The position numbers and the translations under genes were made by a program. A stretch of DNA of 64,000 bases from NCBI GenBank assembly GCA_036785375.1, contig JAWMAR010000421.1, positions 1,550,001 through 1,614,000 of the forward strand, in the 5' to 3' direction. Shown one piece after another: positions 1 through 11,935 of the stretch; the stretch's first letter is position 1, and each line of letters opens with the position of its first letter. The notes under the pieces are model-generated. The model was not told the origin of the DNA, did no database searches, and worked only from the letters and a program-made list of their open reading frames with translations. This DNA comes from Leucoraja ocellata. Taxonomy: Eukaryota.

Positions 1-294
1 GATGTTCATGCCCCCGGGGTGCAGACTCCCCAAACGGAATATGAGGTGCTGTTCCTCCAATTTCCGGTGCTGCTCGCTGTGGCCATGGAGGAGACCCAGG
101 ACAGAGAGGTCGGAGGCGGAGTGGGAGGGGGAGTTGAAGTGCTGAGCCACCGGGAGGTCAGCTTGGTTATTGCGGACCGAGCGGAGGTGTTCGGCGAAAC
201 GATCGCCCAACCTCCGCTTGGTCTTACCGATATAGATCTGCTGACATCTAGAGCAGCGGACGCAATAGATGAGGTTGGAAGAGATGCAGGTAAA
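1..294 (-). mobile_element. Penelope-like retroelement GIY-YIG endonuclease fragment
   Basis: Open minus-strand frame FTCISSNLIYCVRCSRCQQIYIGKTKRRLGDRFAEH...QHFN...LEEQHLIFRLGSLHPGGMNI: IY-CxxC-YIG, R/H, E and G-x-N motifs; runs off the window edge. Confidence 0.85.
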
Positions 295-1202
295 TGCTGT
301 ACCTGGAATTGGACTCAACATTGTAACTGTTAGCTAGCCAGCGTTCAGCTTAATCTGCACCAGGTGCACCCAGTCCTTCATTACAAGTTTAAAGGGATTT
401 GGCATGTTCATGAATCACAAAAGAACACTACAGGTTACTGTACTAGTTACATCATGTACTGGTGAGGCATTTCCAAAGTATAGGAATGCAAGACGCTGAA
501 TTCAGCCCAGTAAAATTCTGGGCACAGCTCTCCCTATCATCGAGATTATCTACATAAGATGCTGCCTCTTGAACCGATCTGTACAACCTTAGTCCTCTTA
601 GCAATGGAACACTACAGACTACCTCTTGCTAATTTGCCATGGACTTGTTTTCCATTTATGTTTTGCACTTATATCTTGTTTTTATTTGCACACTTTCCCT
701 TTTCACAGTCTTGTAGGTTACCTATAATATATGTGCGATTTGTGGGCCATTTAAGTATAATTTATGCCATTATGTGTTGTCTGAGTCAATGTGCCTGTGA
801 TGCTGCCTCAAGCAAGATTTCCATTGTGCATGTACCTTTGCGTACTTGGGCATATGACAATATATTCAACTAGACAACGAAAAACCATGAAGAACAGGAG
901 GGGGCATGTACCATTTGGCCTCTCAAGCCTGTTCCGTCTTCCAATACACTTATGACACTACACTCTCTCAGTACCATACTCCTGGGATCCCTCCATACCT
1001 GTTGATACTTTTTGTTGACTTTATATAGTTTTAATGCAGCAATACTTTATAAAGACATATAGGTGTTGAATATTGCCTATCTACCACCATGCTTTTCAAT
1101 GAAACGTCTTAGCCTTTTAGAACCAACTCGCTGCTCGGACTTTGCCAGTTTCCAAGTTATGAACTTATGATTCCGACCCAGTGATGGAGAAGTTCCAGAA
1201 AT

Positions 1203-1935
1203 GTACATCCAAGTTGGGAAAAGGGGAAGTGCAACGGGATCTGGGGGTCTTTGTTCATCAGTATATGAAAGTAAGCATTCAGGTACAGCAGGCAGTGAAG
1301 AAAGCAAATGGCATGTTGGCCTTTATAACAAGAGGCGTTGAGTGTAGGAGCAAAGAGGTCCTTCTGCAGTTGTACAGGGCCCTAGTGAGACCACACCTGG
1401 AGTACTGTATGCAGTTGTTATGGTCCCTTAATTTGTGGAAGGATATTCTTGCTATTGAGGGAGTGCAGCGTAAGTTTACAAGGTTAATTCCTGGGATGGC
1501 AGGACTGTCATATGCTGAGAGAATGGAGCGGCTAGGCTTGTACACTGGAGTTTAGAAGGATGAGAGGGGATCTTATTGAAACATATAAGATTGTTAAAGG
1601 TTTGTACATGCTAGAGGCAGGAAACATGTTCCCGATGTTTGGGGAGTCCAGAACCAGGGGCCACAGTTTAAGAATAAGCCATTTAGAACGGAGACGAGGA
1701 AACACTTTTTCTCTCAGAGAGTTGTCAGTGTGGAATTCTCTGCCTCAGAGGGCGGTCGAGGCCAGTTCTCTGGATACTTTCAAAAGAGAGCTAGATAGGG
1801 CTCTTAAAGATAGCGGACAGGGGATATGGGGAGGGCAGGAACGGATTATTGATTGGAGATGATCAGCCATGATCACATTGAATGGCGGTGCCGGCTCGAA
1901 GGGCCGAATGGCCTACTCCTGCACCTATTGTCTAT
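1203..1935 (+). mobile_element. CR1-clade LINE (HER1-like), 5'-truncated 3' fragment
   Basis: ORF2 C-terminus (LVRPHLEYC, EGVQRKFTRLIPG, RTRGHSL, WNSLP) with frameshifts, plus the family 3' UTR. Confidence 0.9.
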
Positions 1936-1979
1936 TGACCAGCTTTAGCAGCTGTGTGTTGTGTTCCTAATGTTCCATT

Positions 1980-2325
1980 ACATAGAAACATAGAAAATAG
2001 GTGCAGCAGGAGGCCATTGGCCCCCTTCGAGCCAGCACCGCCATTCATTGTGATCATAGCTGATCGTCCCCCATCAATAACCCGTGCCTGCCTTCTCCCC
2101 ATATCCCTTGACTCCACTAGCCCCTAGAGCTCTATCTAACTCTCTTAAATCCATCCAGTGACTTGGCCTCCACTGCCCTCTGTGGCAGGGAATTCCATAA
2201 ATTCACAACTCTCTGGGTGAAAAAGTTTTTTCTCACCTCAGTCTTAAATGACCTCCCCTTTATTCTAAGACCGTGGCCCCTGGTTCTGGACTCGCCCAAC
2301 ATTGGGAACATTTTTCCTGCTTCCA
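1980..2325 (-). mobile_element. CR1-clade LINE 3' fragment
   Basis: RTRGHGLRIKG...[10 protein letters not shown] and (TTTCTATG)n tail. Confidence 0.9.
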
Positions 2326-3404
2326 CATGTGTGAATTTGAATCCCATCCCTCTGCCATTAGTTTGCCCAATGCCCAAGCACATGCTGAAGAAATGCTAAT
2401 TTTCTATTCATTAAATCCCTGTTGTTCAAAATGAAAAAAAAGGGGGGCAGACAATAATCGAGTGATATCCACAGAGACCATTTTTATGTGGTGAACAGAA
2501 TTCATGTTGCTCTAACCTCCCTTCCGTGGAATGAACAGAGGGAGCCCATAGCAGGTGGTTAAACTGGTATCTACTCCACTTTAAATGAAAATCTATGCTA
2601 TGTGCTAACATAACAATTTGCATTTACACAGCAAAATTAGCCAAAATACAAATTCCATGGATAAGATTGTCAGACAAAACCTGATGTCAAGATTTTGATG
2701 GAGGGAATGCACAGATGGTTGGAAGAACATCCTCCAACAAGTGCAGTACAAATAAGGAAGTTCTCTCTCTCTCTCTCTCCCCTCACCCCACCACCCTAAG
2801 AAAGCTTGAACCTGTGGTCAATTGAAATGACTGGGCGAATTCCATTGTCCTGCATGTGCCCAGATCCCTCTTAACCTTTCCTATCTGTGAATCTGTCCAA
2901 TTATCTTGAATTGATTTTATTTGGCAACGGCTTTGAGGAAAACACAAAGACAAGTGGATGGAGGTAAGTCATAGTTCAATCATGATCTCACTAACTAGCA
3001 GTACAGACCTGAAGGGTGAATGGCTCTTGGCCTCATTAAGGTGCGTGACTTGTGTGAAAGTGAGCTTTGAAGTGACAGTGCAAAACTCAGCAGGCAATCC
3101 CCTAGAAACTATCACCCAGTTCCCAGCTTGTGCTTCCCATGCGAGGGGAAATTGTTCAGTTCCTTCTGTCAACAATAATTGCTTCAAGTAATCTGTCTCT
3201 AAGTTTTACAGCAATCATTTCATCACTTTAGGAAAACATGTTACAAAAATGATGAATAAGTTGTCAGCTTGAAAATGCTTATAGGAGTAGTTGGTGTAAT
3301 TTTGGCACAGGCACTGAAGAATGTCTAACCCCATGTTTCTCCTACTGTCAATCTTCCCAACAAACATCTTATTGCAGATTAAACTGATTTCAAGTAAATA
3401 AGTC

Positions 3405-3700
3405 ATCACTCTCCCTCATATCTCTTCCAAGGTACTCTCCTACCTCATCTCTCCCTCCTACCTCACTCTTCCCTGCTTGTTTATTCCCTTTACTCCTCTA
3501 TCATCTTCTCCCTCTTCCCTCTCCCCTTTCTCTCCTCCACCCTCCTCCCTCCTCTGTTGTTCTTCTAATCTCTCTCATCCCTTTTCCCACCTCTAACCTT
3601 ACTTATCCTCTCCCCTCTCCATCCCTCCTCTCCCATTCTTCTTGCAATGCTCTCTTCTCTCTTGCATACTCCCTGTCGTTCCTACCTCCTCTCCCATTGT
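3405..3700. repeat. CT-rich low-complexity tract
   Basis: Almost purely pyrimidine on the + strand. Confidence 0.85.
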
Positions 3701-4110
3701 TTAGTGATGAAGCCCTTGATGCATTCGCTTTCAGAGCACCTCTTCTGCAAACTATTGAAAACGTTGGATACGGATGAAGGTTTATCCTAAACATTTTCTC
3801 CGCTCAATGCTCACTGCCCTCTCCACTGGGTTTATAAAATGCCAACGTTCAATTTCAAAGCAGGTCAGAGGGTTTCCAGGGCCAATATTTCCATCCATCG
3901 CCAATGATAATCATTGTCACATTACAGCATGTAGGATCTCAATGTGTGCAGATGGGCTGTTATGTTCGAACAATGACAACACTTTGAATATACTCTACAG
4001 TTTTTCACTATATCCCAGTGCATGTGACTACATTAAAGCAATATTAATGCTTCATTAACAGTAAAGAACTTTGGGGCAGCCAAACAGTGGGAACAGCCCA
4101 ATAGATATTC

Positions 4111-4435
4111 AAGGAACGGCAGATGCTGGAATCTTGAGCAAACACAAAGTGTTGGAGTAACTCAGTGCGTCAGGCAGCATCTATGGGGAGAATGGATAGG
4201 TGATGTTTTGGGTCAGGACTGACTGAGGGGTGGAAAATTACAACCTTTGCGTGGTCCGCCCTGTTTTGACGAATGGTATCAACCCGGCGTGCACGATCAA
4301 ATAGAACAAGTTGTCCTACAACTTTAGGCTGTGCACGCCATACACAAGAAGAAGGACTGACTGAAATATTGCCTATCCATTTCCTCCATGGATGCTGCTT
4401 GACCCACTGAGTTGCTCCAGCACTTGTGTTTTGCA
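4111..4435. mobile_element. Palindromic short element (gatgctgcc/ctgagt family) interrupted by a nested insertion at 4227-4352
   Basis: Inverted arms similar to the 6133 copy; the insert is flanked by duplicated aggactgactga and ends in an (AAG)n-like tail. Confidence 0.7.
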
Positions 4436-4807
4436 CATCCCTTTATCTTTCATTGATTGCAGGACAATCAGATAACCAGCCTTTCGAGGCCAAGAATTGA
4501 GTTCAAATTAAACCCAGGAAAAAATGTGCAGGGTTTTGGGGGATGAGCAGGGCAGTGGAAGTGATTGGAAAACTTTCGAAGAGCCTCTTTCAGTGCCACA
4601 GCTTGCACTTCAAATCTTTCTCCTCTATCTGTCCTATGGGTGGGAACTGCAACTGGTAGCTGATATGTTGGACAGTAGCTACCTTAAAGGTGACTTGGGC
4701 AGCTAATATAAATCACCTCAATGATCATCTGCCTATCATGCTTCCCATACCCCGCCTCACATTCTTGTAGAAAAAGAGATGATACTGGAGGGTACCTCTA
4801 TACCAAG

Positions 4808-5399
4808 CAGGGCTGTGCAGTCGATACCCAAAACACTTGACTCCGACTCCTTGATTTCTTGTGTATCCAACTCCGACTGACTCCGACTCTGACCCCTAGC
4901 TATAATAATTCTAAATCTGCTATGATGACATTACACAAGATGGCATTTCATAAGAACTACATGAATCATCAGGCTACCTTTTAAACCCATGTCCTTAAAG
5001 TTTTGAGTCTTATGGTTGGAGCTATGCTATTGTGGCTTTTTTTTTGTTTATTCTTGAAAAAAATATATTATTCATTATGCTAAAAGAAAAAAAAACATTG
5101 GACTAAGAAAAAATTTAAAATTCCACTGAATTAAATAAAAATTATAAAAGCTTTACTCCAAAATTTATTAAAAGAAGGCCACAGGTATGAGCTAATTGGC
5201 TAAATTATTACCAAAAAAAAAATTCTCAAGTGCAAAAGAAATTAAAACTAAATGCATAGGTAGTTAAGTGGGATTTTTTCCGGTTTACATTGTCTCCGAT
5301 TTACATAGTCTCTGAAATTTATGTTGGGGACGGAGTCGGGACGTTTTTTACCGACTCTAACTCCAGCGGCACCAAAATGACTCCAACTCCACAGCCCTG
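4808..5399. mobile_element. Non-autonomous hAT-type DNA transposon (MITE)
   Basis: TIRs cagggctgtgcagtcg / caactccacagccctg, perfect 8-bp TSD ataccaag (4800-4807 and 5400-5407), subterminal GACTCC repeats. Confidence 0.88.
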
Positions 5400-6132
5400 A
5401 TACCAAGAGAGAGTGCTCTGATTGATGGCTTTGAGCCTGTTGTCTACTTAGATGGTCCCTCGAGTTTGAGGATGATTTGTTTCCAGTTCCGTGGGTTCCG
5501 AGGTGCCCAGCAATTTCTGCAGTTTCTGCCACAGATGAGACAGGTGGTGCTTGGTGAGAAGAGGGGTGGGTGGTTTGGGATTTGACATGCTCCTTCCATT
5601 ATATGCATATGGCCATGGCAATGGGAGAGACTCAGAAGTGTTGGCGCCTTCCACTCTGAGTGCTCTTAGTCATGGAAATGGCATGAAGTAGTGGGGACAT
5701 TAGGTAGGTTGTAAGAATGTAAGGGAGTGAGGCTAGATGTGTTAACAATTTATTATTGCAGCTGTTAAGTTTCATATTTAAGCATTGAGAGTTAGCATAA
5801 TATAGTGGTTCCACAGGCCAGCGTGTGGGTTTGATGATTCCAGTTCATCCTCAGACCCATTTGCCTCCTTGCTCATCAGGCCCATGTTGGCAAAATCTTA
5901 ACTATTCATTGTGTGTGGTGAATTCAATCACTGGGACCTGGAATGGATGTTGCAATGAAAACTCATCGTGAATCCTGTTTTCCCTATGTGGTGTTAGACA
6001 ACTGCTATCACACAACGCTGGACAGCACCTGGTTTAGATTCCTTGCTGGCGAGCACACAAGATGCAATGCCTGGTGAGTGATTTGGGTAGGGACAGGCCA
6101 AGAATAGCTCAGGAGTTGAAGTTTAATGAACG

Positions 6133-6321
6133 GTGGACAAAAATGCTGGAGAAACTCAGCGGGTGAGGCAGCATCTATGGAGTGAAGGAAATAGGCAATG
6201 TTTCGGGTTGACTCGAAACATTGCCTATTTCCTTCACTCCATTGATGCTGCCTCACCTGCTGAGTTTCTCCAGCATTTTTGTCTACCTTCGATTTTCCAG
6301 CATCTGCAGTTCCTTCTTAAA
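6133..6321. mobile_element. Palindromic short element, probably Penelope-derived
   Basis: About 77-bp inverted arms (6132-6208 / 6211-6287); 15-bp TSD gaagtttaatg(a/g)acg. Confidence 0.8.
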
Positions 6322-6961
6322 GAAGTTTAATGGACGTTACTTGGAGAAAGGAATGTCATTTGACTGGTTCCACATGGAACACTGCCCAGGCTAACTGACA
6401 TTCCCACTCTTGGAATGTGGAAGTACTTTCTATAAAGACATGAAACCCAAATCCCATTTAATCTCGGGTGAACAGAAATAATTCTCTGTATCTCTTGTCT
6501 ACGATCGTTACGACAAAGCATCTGTCAATATCATAGCACAGTTTTTAGGAACCGTTTGTGTGTTGGTTGCTGAGTTTGCCTGACCACAATAGGGACAACA
6601 GCACAAACGAACACTCATTACTTGTGCAATGTATAGGGCTGTCTCGAGGATGTAAAGGTCACTCAATAAATGCACAAGTTTTCAAATGACCCCGTTTCCA
6701 TATTCATGGGAACAACCGCAGCTCGCATCTCCTGTGAGCTTGCGGCTTTTCACACACACACCTCAGCTACATCATTTCTTCAGTAAAAATTGTTTATCAC
6801 TTTAATACTTTGAGCGTTGAGGGGGGGGGGGGGGGGGGTAGAAGTAGAAAGTAAAGAATTTCACTGTTGACAATAAAGTATTCCATTCCATAATGTCTCC
6901 TAATTTGAATTTGCAAAGTTATACCAGAGTAATTTAGGAAATATAAATTTCAAATACTTAA

Positions 6962-7486
6962 TCATAATAATAATAATAATAAATTTTATTTATGGGCGAC
7001 TTTCAAGAGTCTCAAGGACACCTTACAAAAATTTAGCAGGTAGAGGAAAAACATGTAAGGGGAATGAAATAAATAGTAGAGACATGACTAGTACACAAAG
7101 TAAAGACAGAATTCAATTCAAAACACAATATGAGGCAATTAATGCACAGATGAAAAGGGAGGGGGACATGGGGCTAAGGATAGGCAGAGGTGAAGAGATG
7201 GGCCTTGAGGCGGGACTGGAAGATGGTGAGGGACACGGAATTGCGGATCAGTTGGGGGAGGGAGTTCCAGAGCCTGGGAGCTGCCCTGGAGAAGGCTCTG
7301 GCCCCAAAACTGCGGAGGTTGGACTTGTGGATGGAGAGGAGACCGGCTGATGTGGATCTGAGGGACCGTGAGGGTTGGTAGGGGGAGAGGAGGTCAGTGA
7401 GATATGGGGGGGGGCAGATGGTGGAGGGCTTTGTAGGTGAGGATCAGGATTTTGTAGTTGATCCGGTGGGAGATGAGAAGCCAGTG
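6962..7486 (-). mobile_element. L2-clade LINE 3' fragment
   Basis: Minus strand gives HWL...RINYKILILTYKALH...RSLRS...RAFSRAAPRLWNSLP...LKAHLF, ending in an (ATT)n tail. Confidence 0.85.
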
Positions 7487-7489
7487 AAG

Positions 7490-7670
7490 TTGAGAACTTC
7501 AAGTATCTAGGCATAAATATTACCAACAATGTGTCATGGACCAACAACATTAATGCATCAACCAAGAAGGCACATCAATGCCTCTACGTCCCTGGAACAC
7601 TGAGGAAATCTGGCACGTCTCCAATGATTCATACAAACGTATTCAGATGCACCATAGAAAATATACTTGG
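7490..7670 (+). mobile_element. Rex1/Babar-like LINE RT fragment
   Basis: FKYLGINITNNVSWTNNINA...KKAHQCLY...FRCTIENIL. Confidence 0.65.
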
Positions 7671-10343
7671 TTAAGGGGGGGGGGGGGGGGGGGGGGGGGG
7701 GGAAGATGTCACGCCGGCAGTTGCAAATGAAAAGGTCTAAAGAAGGTAGAGGGCCATCCGGGGATGCCAAGGAGGGGGTCCAGTGGAGACGGGAGAAGGG
7801 GTCATCACTCCTTCCCATAGAAAAAGGCACGGAGGCAACGGAAGAAGTGCTCTTATCTGATAATACTTTTGAGAAGAGTATTATCTGATCTGATTGGATA
7901 GCATGAAAAGCAAAGCGTTTCACTCTACCTTGGTTCACGTGACAAAAATAAATCTAAACCTGAAATTTCAAGTCATGCACGTTGATAAATATGAGCTTAG
8001 AAAACAGTTCTAGAAGAACAGGTTACTAAAAGCCTACAGCTGAAGACTGTGTATCTGTTCCCAGAGTTTGTCAGATGGCAGTGTGAACTGGTTCAGAATG
8101 CTTCCCTTTCAATACGCAAAGCAGATATCCAATCCAACTCAGTCTGGCAGAGACTTATTTTCTGCTAAATGGTGTAATCAGTACAATAAGTAGAACTTAT
8201 TACCCTTGATCATTGAGTTAAGTTGCATTCAGGCCCAAATAATGCTGTAGGGTCATCGAATGATAGAGTACAAAAGACAGCCACACAGTCCATGCACCTG
8301 CAATAAAGCTTCTCCTTCTTCATTGGTGTTTCACTCTCCACACTTGCCTATCTGATCCTCACTGATTTAAGAGAAATAAATTTCCCCTTCTACAATCTCT
8401 CCATTTACCCGCAGGTTTTTTTATGTTCAGGACCAATCTGCTAAATCTCTGCACTCACTCCAATGCGTTGATATCTTTTGATATGTAGGCCAAAAGTGGT
8501 GTTAACATTCCAGCTGGGATCCAACCCAGGATTCGAGGAAGTTTAACATGCCTTCCATGCTATTGAAATCTAATCTTTTACGCACAAATACACGGATCCC
8601 TTCAGTTTTGTTTTTAAATGCTCTCCTATCCCTGCAATGAGTCCTCTGTGGCAGTTCCAGCCAATCACATATATGCCAGAGATGCTGCCTGACCCACTGA
8701 GCTATTCCAGTACTTTGTATCCTTTTGTGGAAACCAGCATCTGCAGTTCCATGTCTCTCTACATGCCCATTGTACAGTGGGTAGGATCAGAATAAATCTA
8801 GAGGCTACAATTTTCTGTCAGGGTTAGGTTAAACCACTAAGGCATGCTTCTGCACAGTCAGTGCTTTAAAAACGGATAGGTTCGAGTAAAACAATTGGTG
8901 CCCAGAATTCAGAAATAAAAAACAAAAATTCAGTTTCGCTCTCCACGGATGCTGCCTGACCCACTGAATATTGTCAGCATATTTTCTAATTACTGATGGC
9001 CTCAGGGACGTGGCTACATTAAGATGGGTTTGAACTGGAATCGTGCTGCCTCTTTAAAATCTTTAACATGCCACAAGCTGAAGCTGCAAAGTCTATTTCA
9101 CCGCATAACCTACTATAACAAAAGCTGATTATAATTATTACTCAACTCTGTGTCCATTTGCATTTGGCCTGAGGGGATTATATCAGATGCAATTCCAATC
9201 TCATTCTCATTGAAATTATGCTTTGTTTATTTTTTCAATTTATAGTAGAATGGATATAAACATTGAGTACACAGTGCTGCTGACCCGAGCCCAGTAATCT
9301 CTCCAGAATTCTACAGCAAGACCATCGTTACAACCGTTGAGACGGTTTCAACGTTATCTGCAAATAATATCACACCTCAGCATGGTTTTGAATATTTTTC
9401 CACAAAATATAAGTTTGCTTTAACATATGTGATGGGAATTGAAGTGGGTTTGGTGAGGTTACAACTCTGACAGTGACTGGGGCAATGGGTGTGGGATATG
9501 AAATATTCCAGGAAACATTTAATTTTAATCATCAAATTGATTATTCAAGTGGATGTACGGTTGATATTGGATTATTATTATTGTCATATGTACCTAGATA
9601 TAGTGAAAAACTTTGTTTTGCGTGTTATCCTGGCGAATCATGCCATACATGTATACAATTATATCATATACAGGTAGTGCAAAAAGTGAGAAGGAAAAAG
9701 TGCAGAATATATAGTGTTACAGCTGCAGAGAATGTGCAGATTAAAAAGTGCAAGAGCTGCAACAAGGTACATTGGGAGATGTGGAGTGAGAGGGAAACGT
9801 AAGATCAACATGCCTTGTGGGGCACCACTGCATGGGAAAAGTGGCAGAAGGACTGACTCTTCTATCGCATTAGTGTGAGGAGAGAGAAAGGAGAGAGTGA
9901 AGGTTGGTCTGCAATGCTCGCTCGTGTTCCTTTGATTGAGTGAATGAATTGAGGGTGTATTCCTGCTGGAAGATGTGAAACAGTCAGAATGTAGTCAGCA
10001 TTTGTTTCATTTGGGATGAGTCCACACTGCTCACTGACTGGCCCACCACATCTTGTGTTAAATCTGCAATGGAATATTATCATAGCTAGTGGATTGATTG
10101 TTCCCAATGGTTCCAGTTATGGCAATGGCTCAGTTGGTAACATATTGGCATCTGAGGCTGAAGTTGTGGGCTTCAGTCCTCAACTATCAGTCTTCAGATA
10201 TCAGCACAAAGCTGATATTTTACATTACAACAGTAACCACACGTCTGAAACACCATAAAATTCTAAATCTTTCTTTGTTTTTAATACAGGATAATGATCA
10301 GAAAGAAAGGCATGCCGTTTTCTAATGGAGACATAATAAAGAA

Positions 10344-10665
10344 TGGCGCGGCACAGTGGCACAGCCGGTGGAGCAGCTAGCCTCACAGCAACAGAGACCC
10401 GGGTTCGATCCTGACTACAAGTGTTCTCTGTACAGAGTTTGTACCTTCTCCCTGGGACGGCGTGGGTTCTCTCCAGGTGCTTCAGTTTACTCCCACATTC
10501 TAAAGATGTGCAGGTTAGTAAGATACTTGGTTTCTGTAAAATTGTCCCTTGCGTGTAGGTGGAGAACTAGTATACACAGGTGATCACTGGTCAGCGTGGA
10601 CTCGGTGGGGTGAAGGGCCCGTTTCCACACTGTATTTCTAAAACTAAAACAAAACGAAACTAAAC
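10344..10665 (+). mobile_element. tRNA-derived SINE (HE1-like)
   Basis: Pol III A box TGGCACAGCCGG and B box GGTTCGATCC, LINE-like 3' end, (CTAAA/AAAC)n tail. Confidence 0.82.
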
Positions 10666-11674
10666 TGCAGATGCTGAAATCTTGATCAAAACACTAACTG
10701 TTCGAGGAAATGATCTGCCGAGTTCCTCCAGCACTTTGCATTTTTGTGCCTTTTTCTAATGTCCCTTCACATTTCATCATATGTATAACACTTTACTGCA
10801 CCCCCCCCCCCCTCTCTGATTCTGACCTCTGGTGCCGTCCATGCAGAGTTTGCATGTTCTCCCTATGACTGCATGGATTTTCCCCACATATATGCTCCAG
10901 TTTGCCTGCACATCCTGTCAATTTCTGCAAATGGGTGGTGTGTGAATTGTAAGGGGAAAGAGAGGAGTGCGGTGCAAACAAAGGGCAGTTGAGACAGAAT
11001 AGGTTATTTGGAAATAAAAGGAGGACTGGGACTGTTGGGATATCTCCGAGCCTGTATTCTCGATGGGCTGAATGGCCTCCTTCTCCGTTGGAAAATGTAT
11101 GACAACGTGGTCAGTTGAGCTGTTCACTGTCTGGCCATCCAATAGGAAAAATGAAAAAAATAATGCTGCTGAGATTCTCACTGTACAATCTTTTAAATTA
11201 TTTATATAAATCATTTCCCTTGGAATCTACAATCCTAAATATTCAGCCAACTCATTTTTCAAAGGGCTGTGAAAAAACATCCTCACTGACCTGTAACTTG
11301 GTGCGAAAAGTGTTTGACTCTCATCATTACAGTTAAAATGAATACATACTTTGCTATTAACAATTAGCTCTATTTTACAATAACAGTAATTTCATAATTG
11401 TTCAAAACACTAAAGGCAAAAAATTACACATTTCCAACTAACTGGTTTATTGAATCTCAGATAGTTATTATAACCTGTAATTAACATCCCAATATACAGC
11501 AACAGGGTAGAGAAAGATCATACCATCCATGAAAACAAGCGTAGATCCCACAATGGTCAAAGAATAATGAGCAGACATATCCTTCCTCCTCTCCTTCACT
11601 CATGGTGACCACAAGATTATTAGCAAACCTGTACCATGGGGTTAGCGGGGAGTGCAGTTGCCTCGCAACTCCAT

Positions 11675-11935
11675 AACTTCACAAGTCATTGGAGCATATT
11701 TAGGCCATTCGGCCCATCAGCTTTACTCTTCCATTTCATCATGGCTGATCTATCTTTCCCTCTCAACCCAATTCTCCTGCCTTGTCCCCTTTGACACCTT
11801 TACTAATCAAGAATCTGTCAATCTCCACTGTAAAAATACCCAATAACCTGGCCTCCACAGCTGTCTGTGGCAATGAACTCCTCCGACTAAAGAAATTCCT
11901 CCTCATCTGTCTATAGTTCTGTCCTTTTATTTTGA
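11675..11935 (-). mobile_element. Degraded CR1 3' fragment
   Basis: Resembles the other CR1 3' ends (RRNFF...LPQTAVEA...EIDRFL). Confidence 0.7.

Noticed and set aside
7675-7702. Long poly-G/C runs (also near 6820, 26968 and 50455)
   Set aside because: Simple homopolymers; lengths are unreliable in assemblies and there is no contextual evidence of function.
10344-10420. tRNA gene
   Set aside because: A and B boxes are present but continue into a multi-copy SINE body and tail; no convincing cloverleaf.
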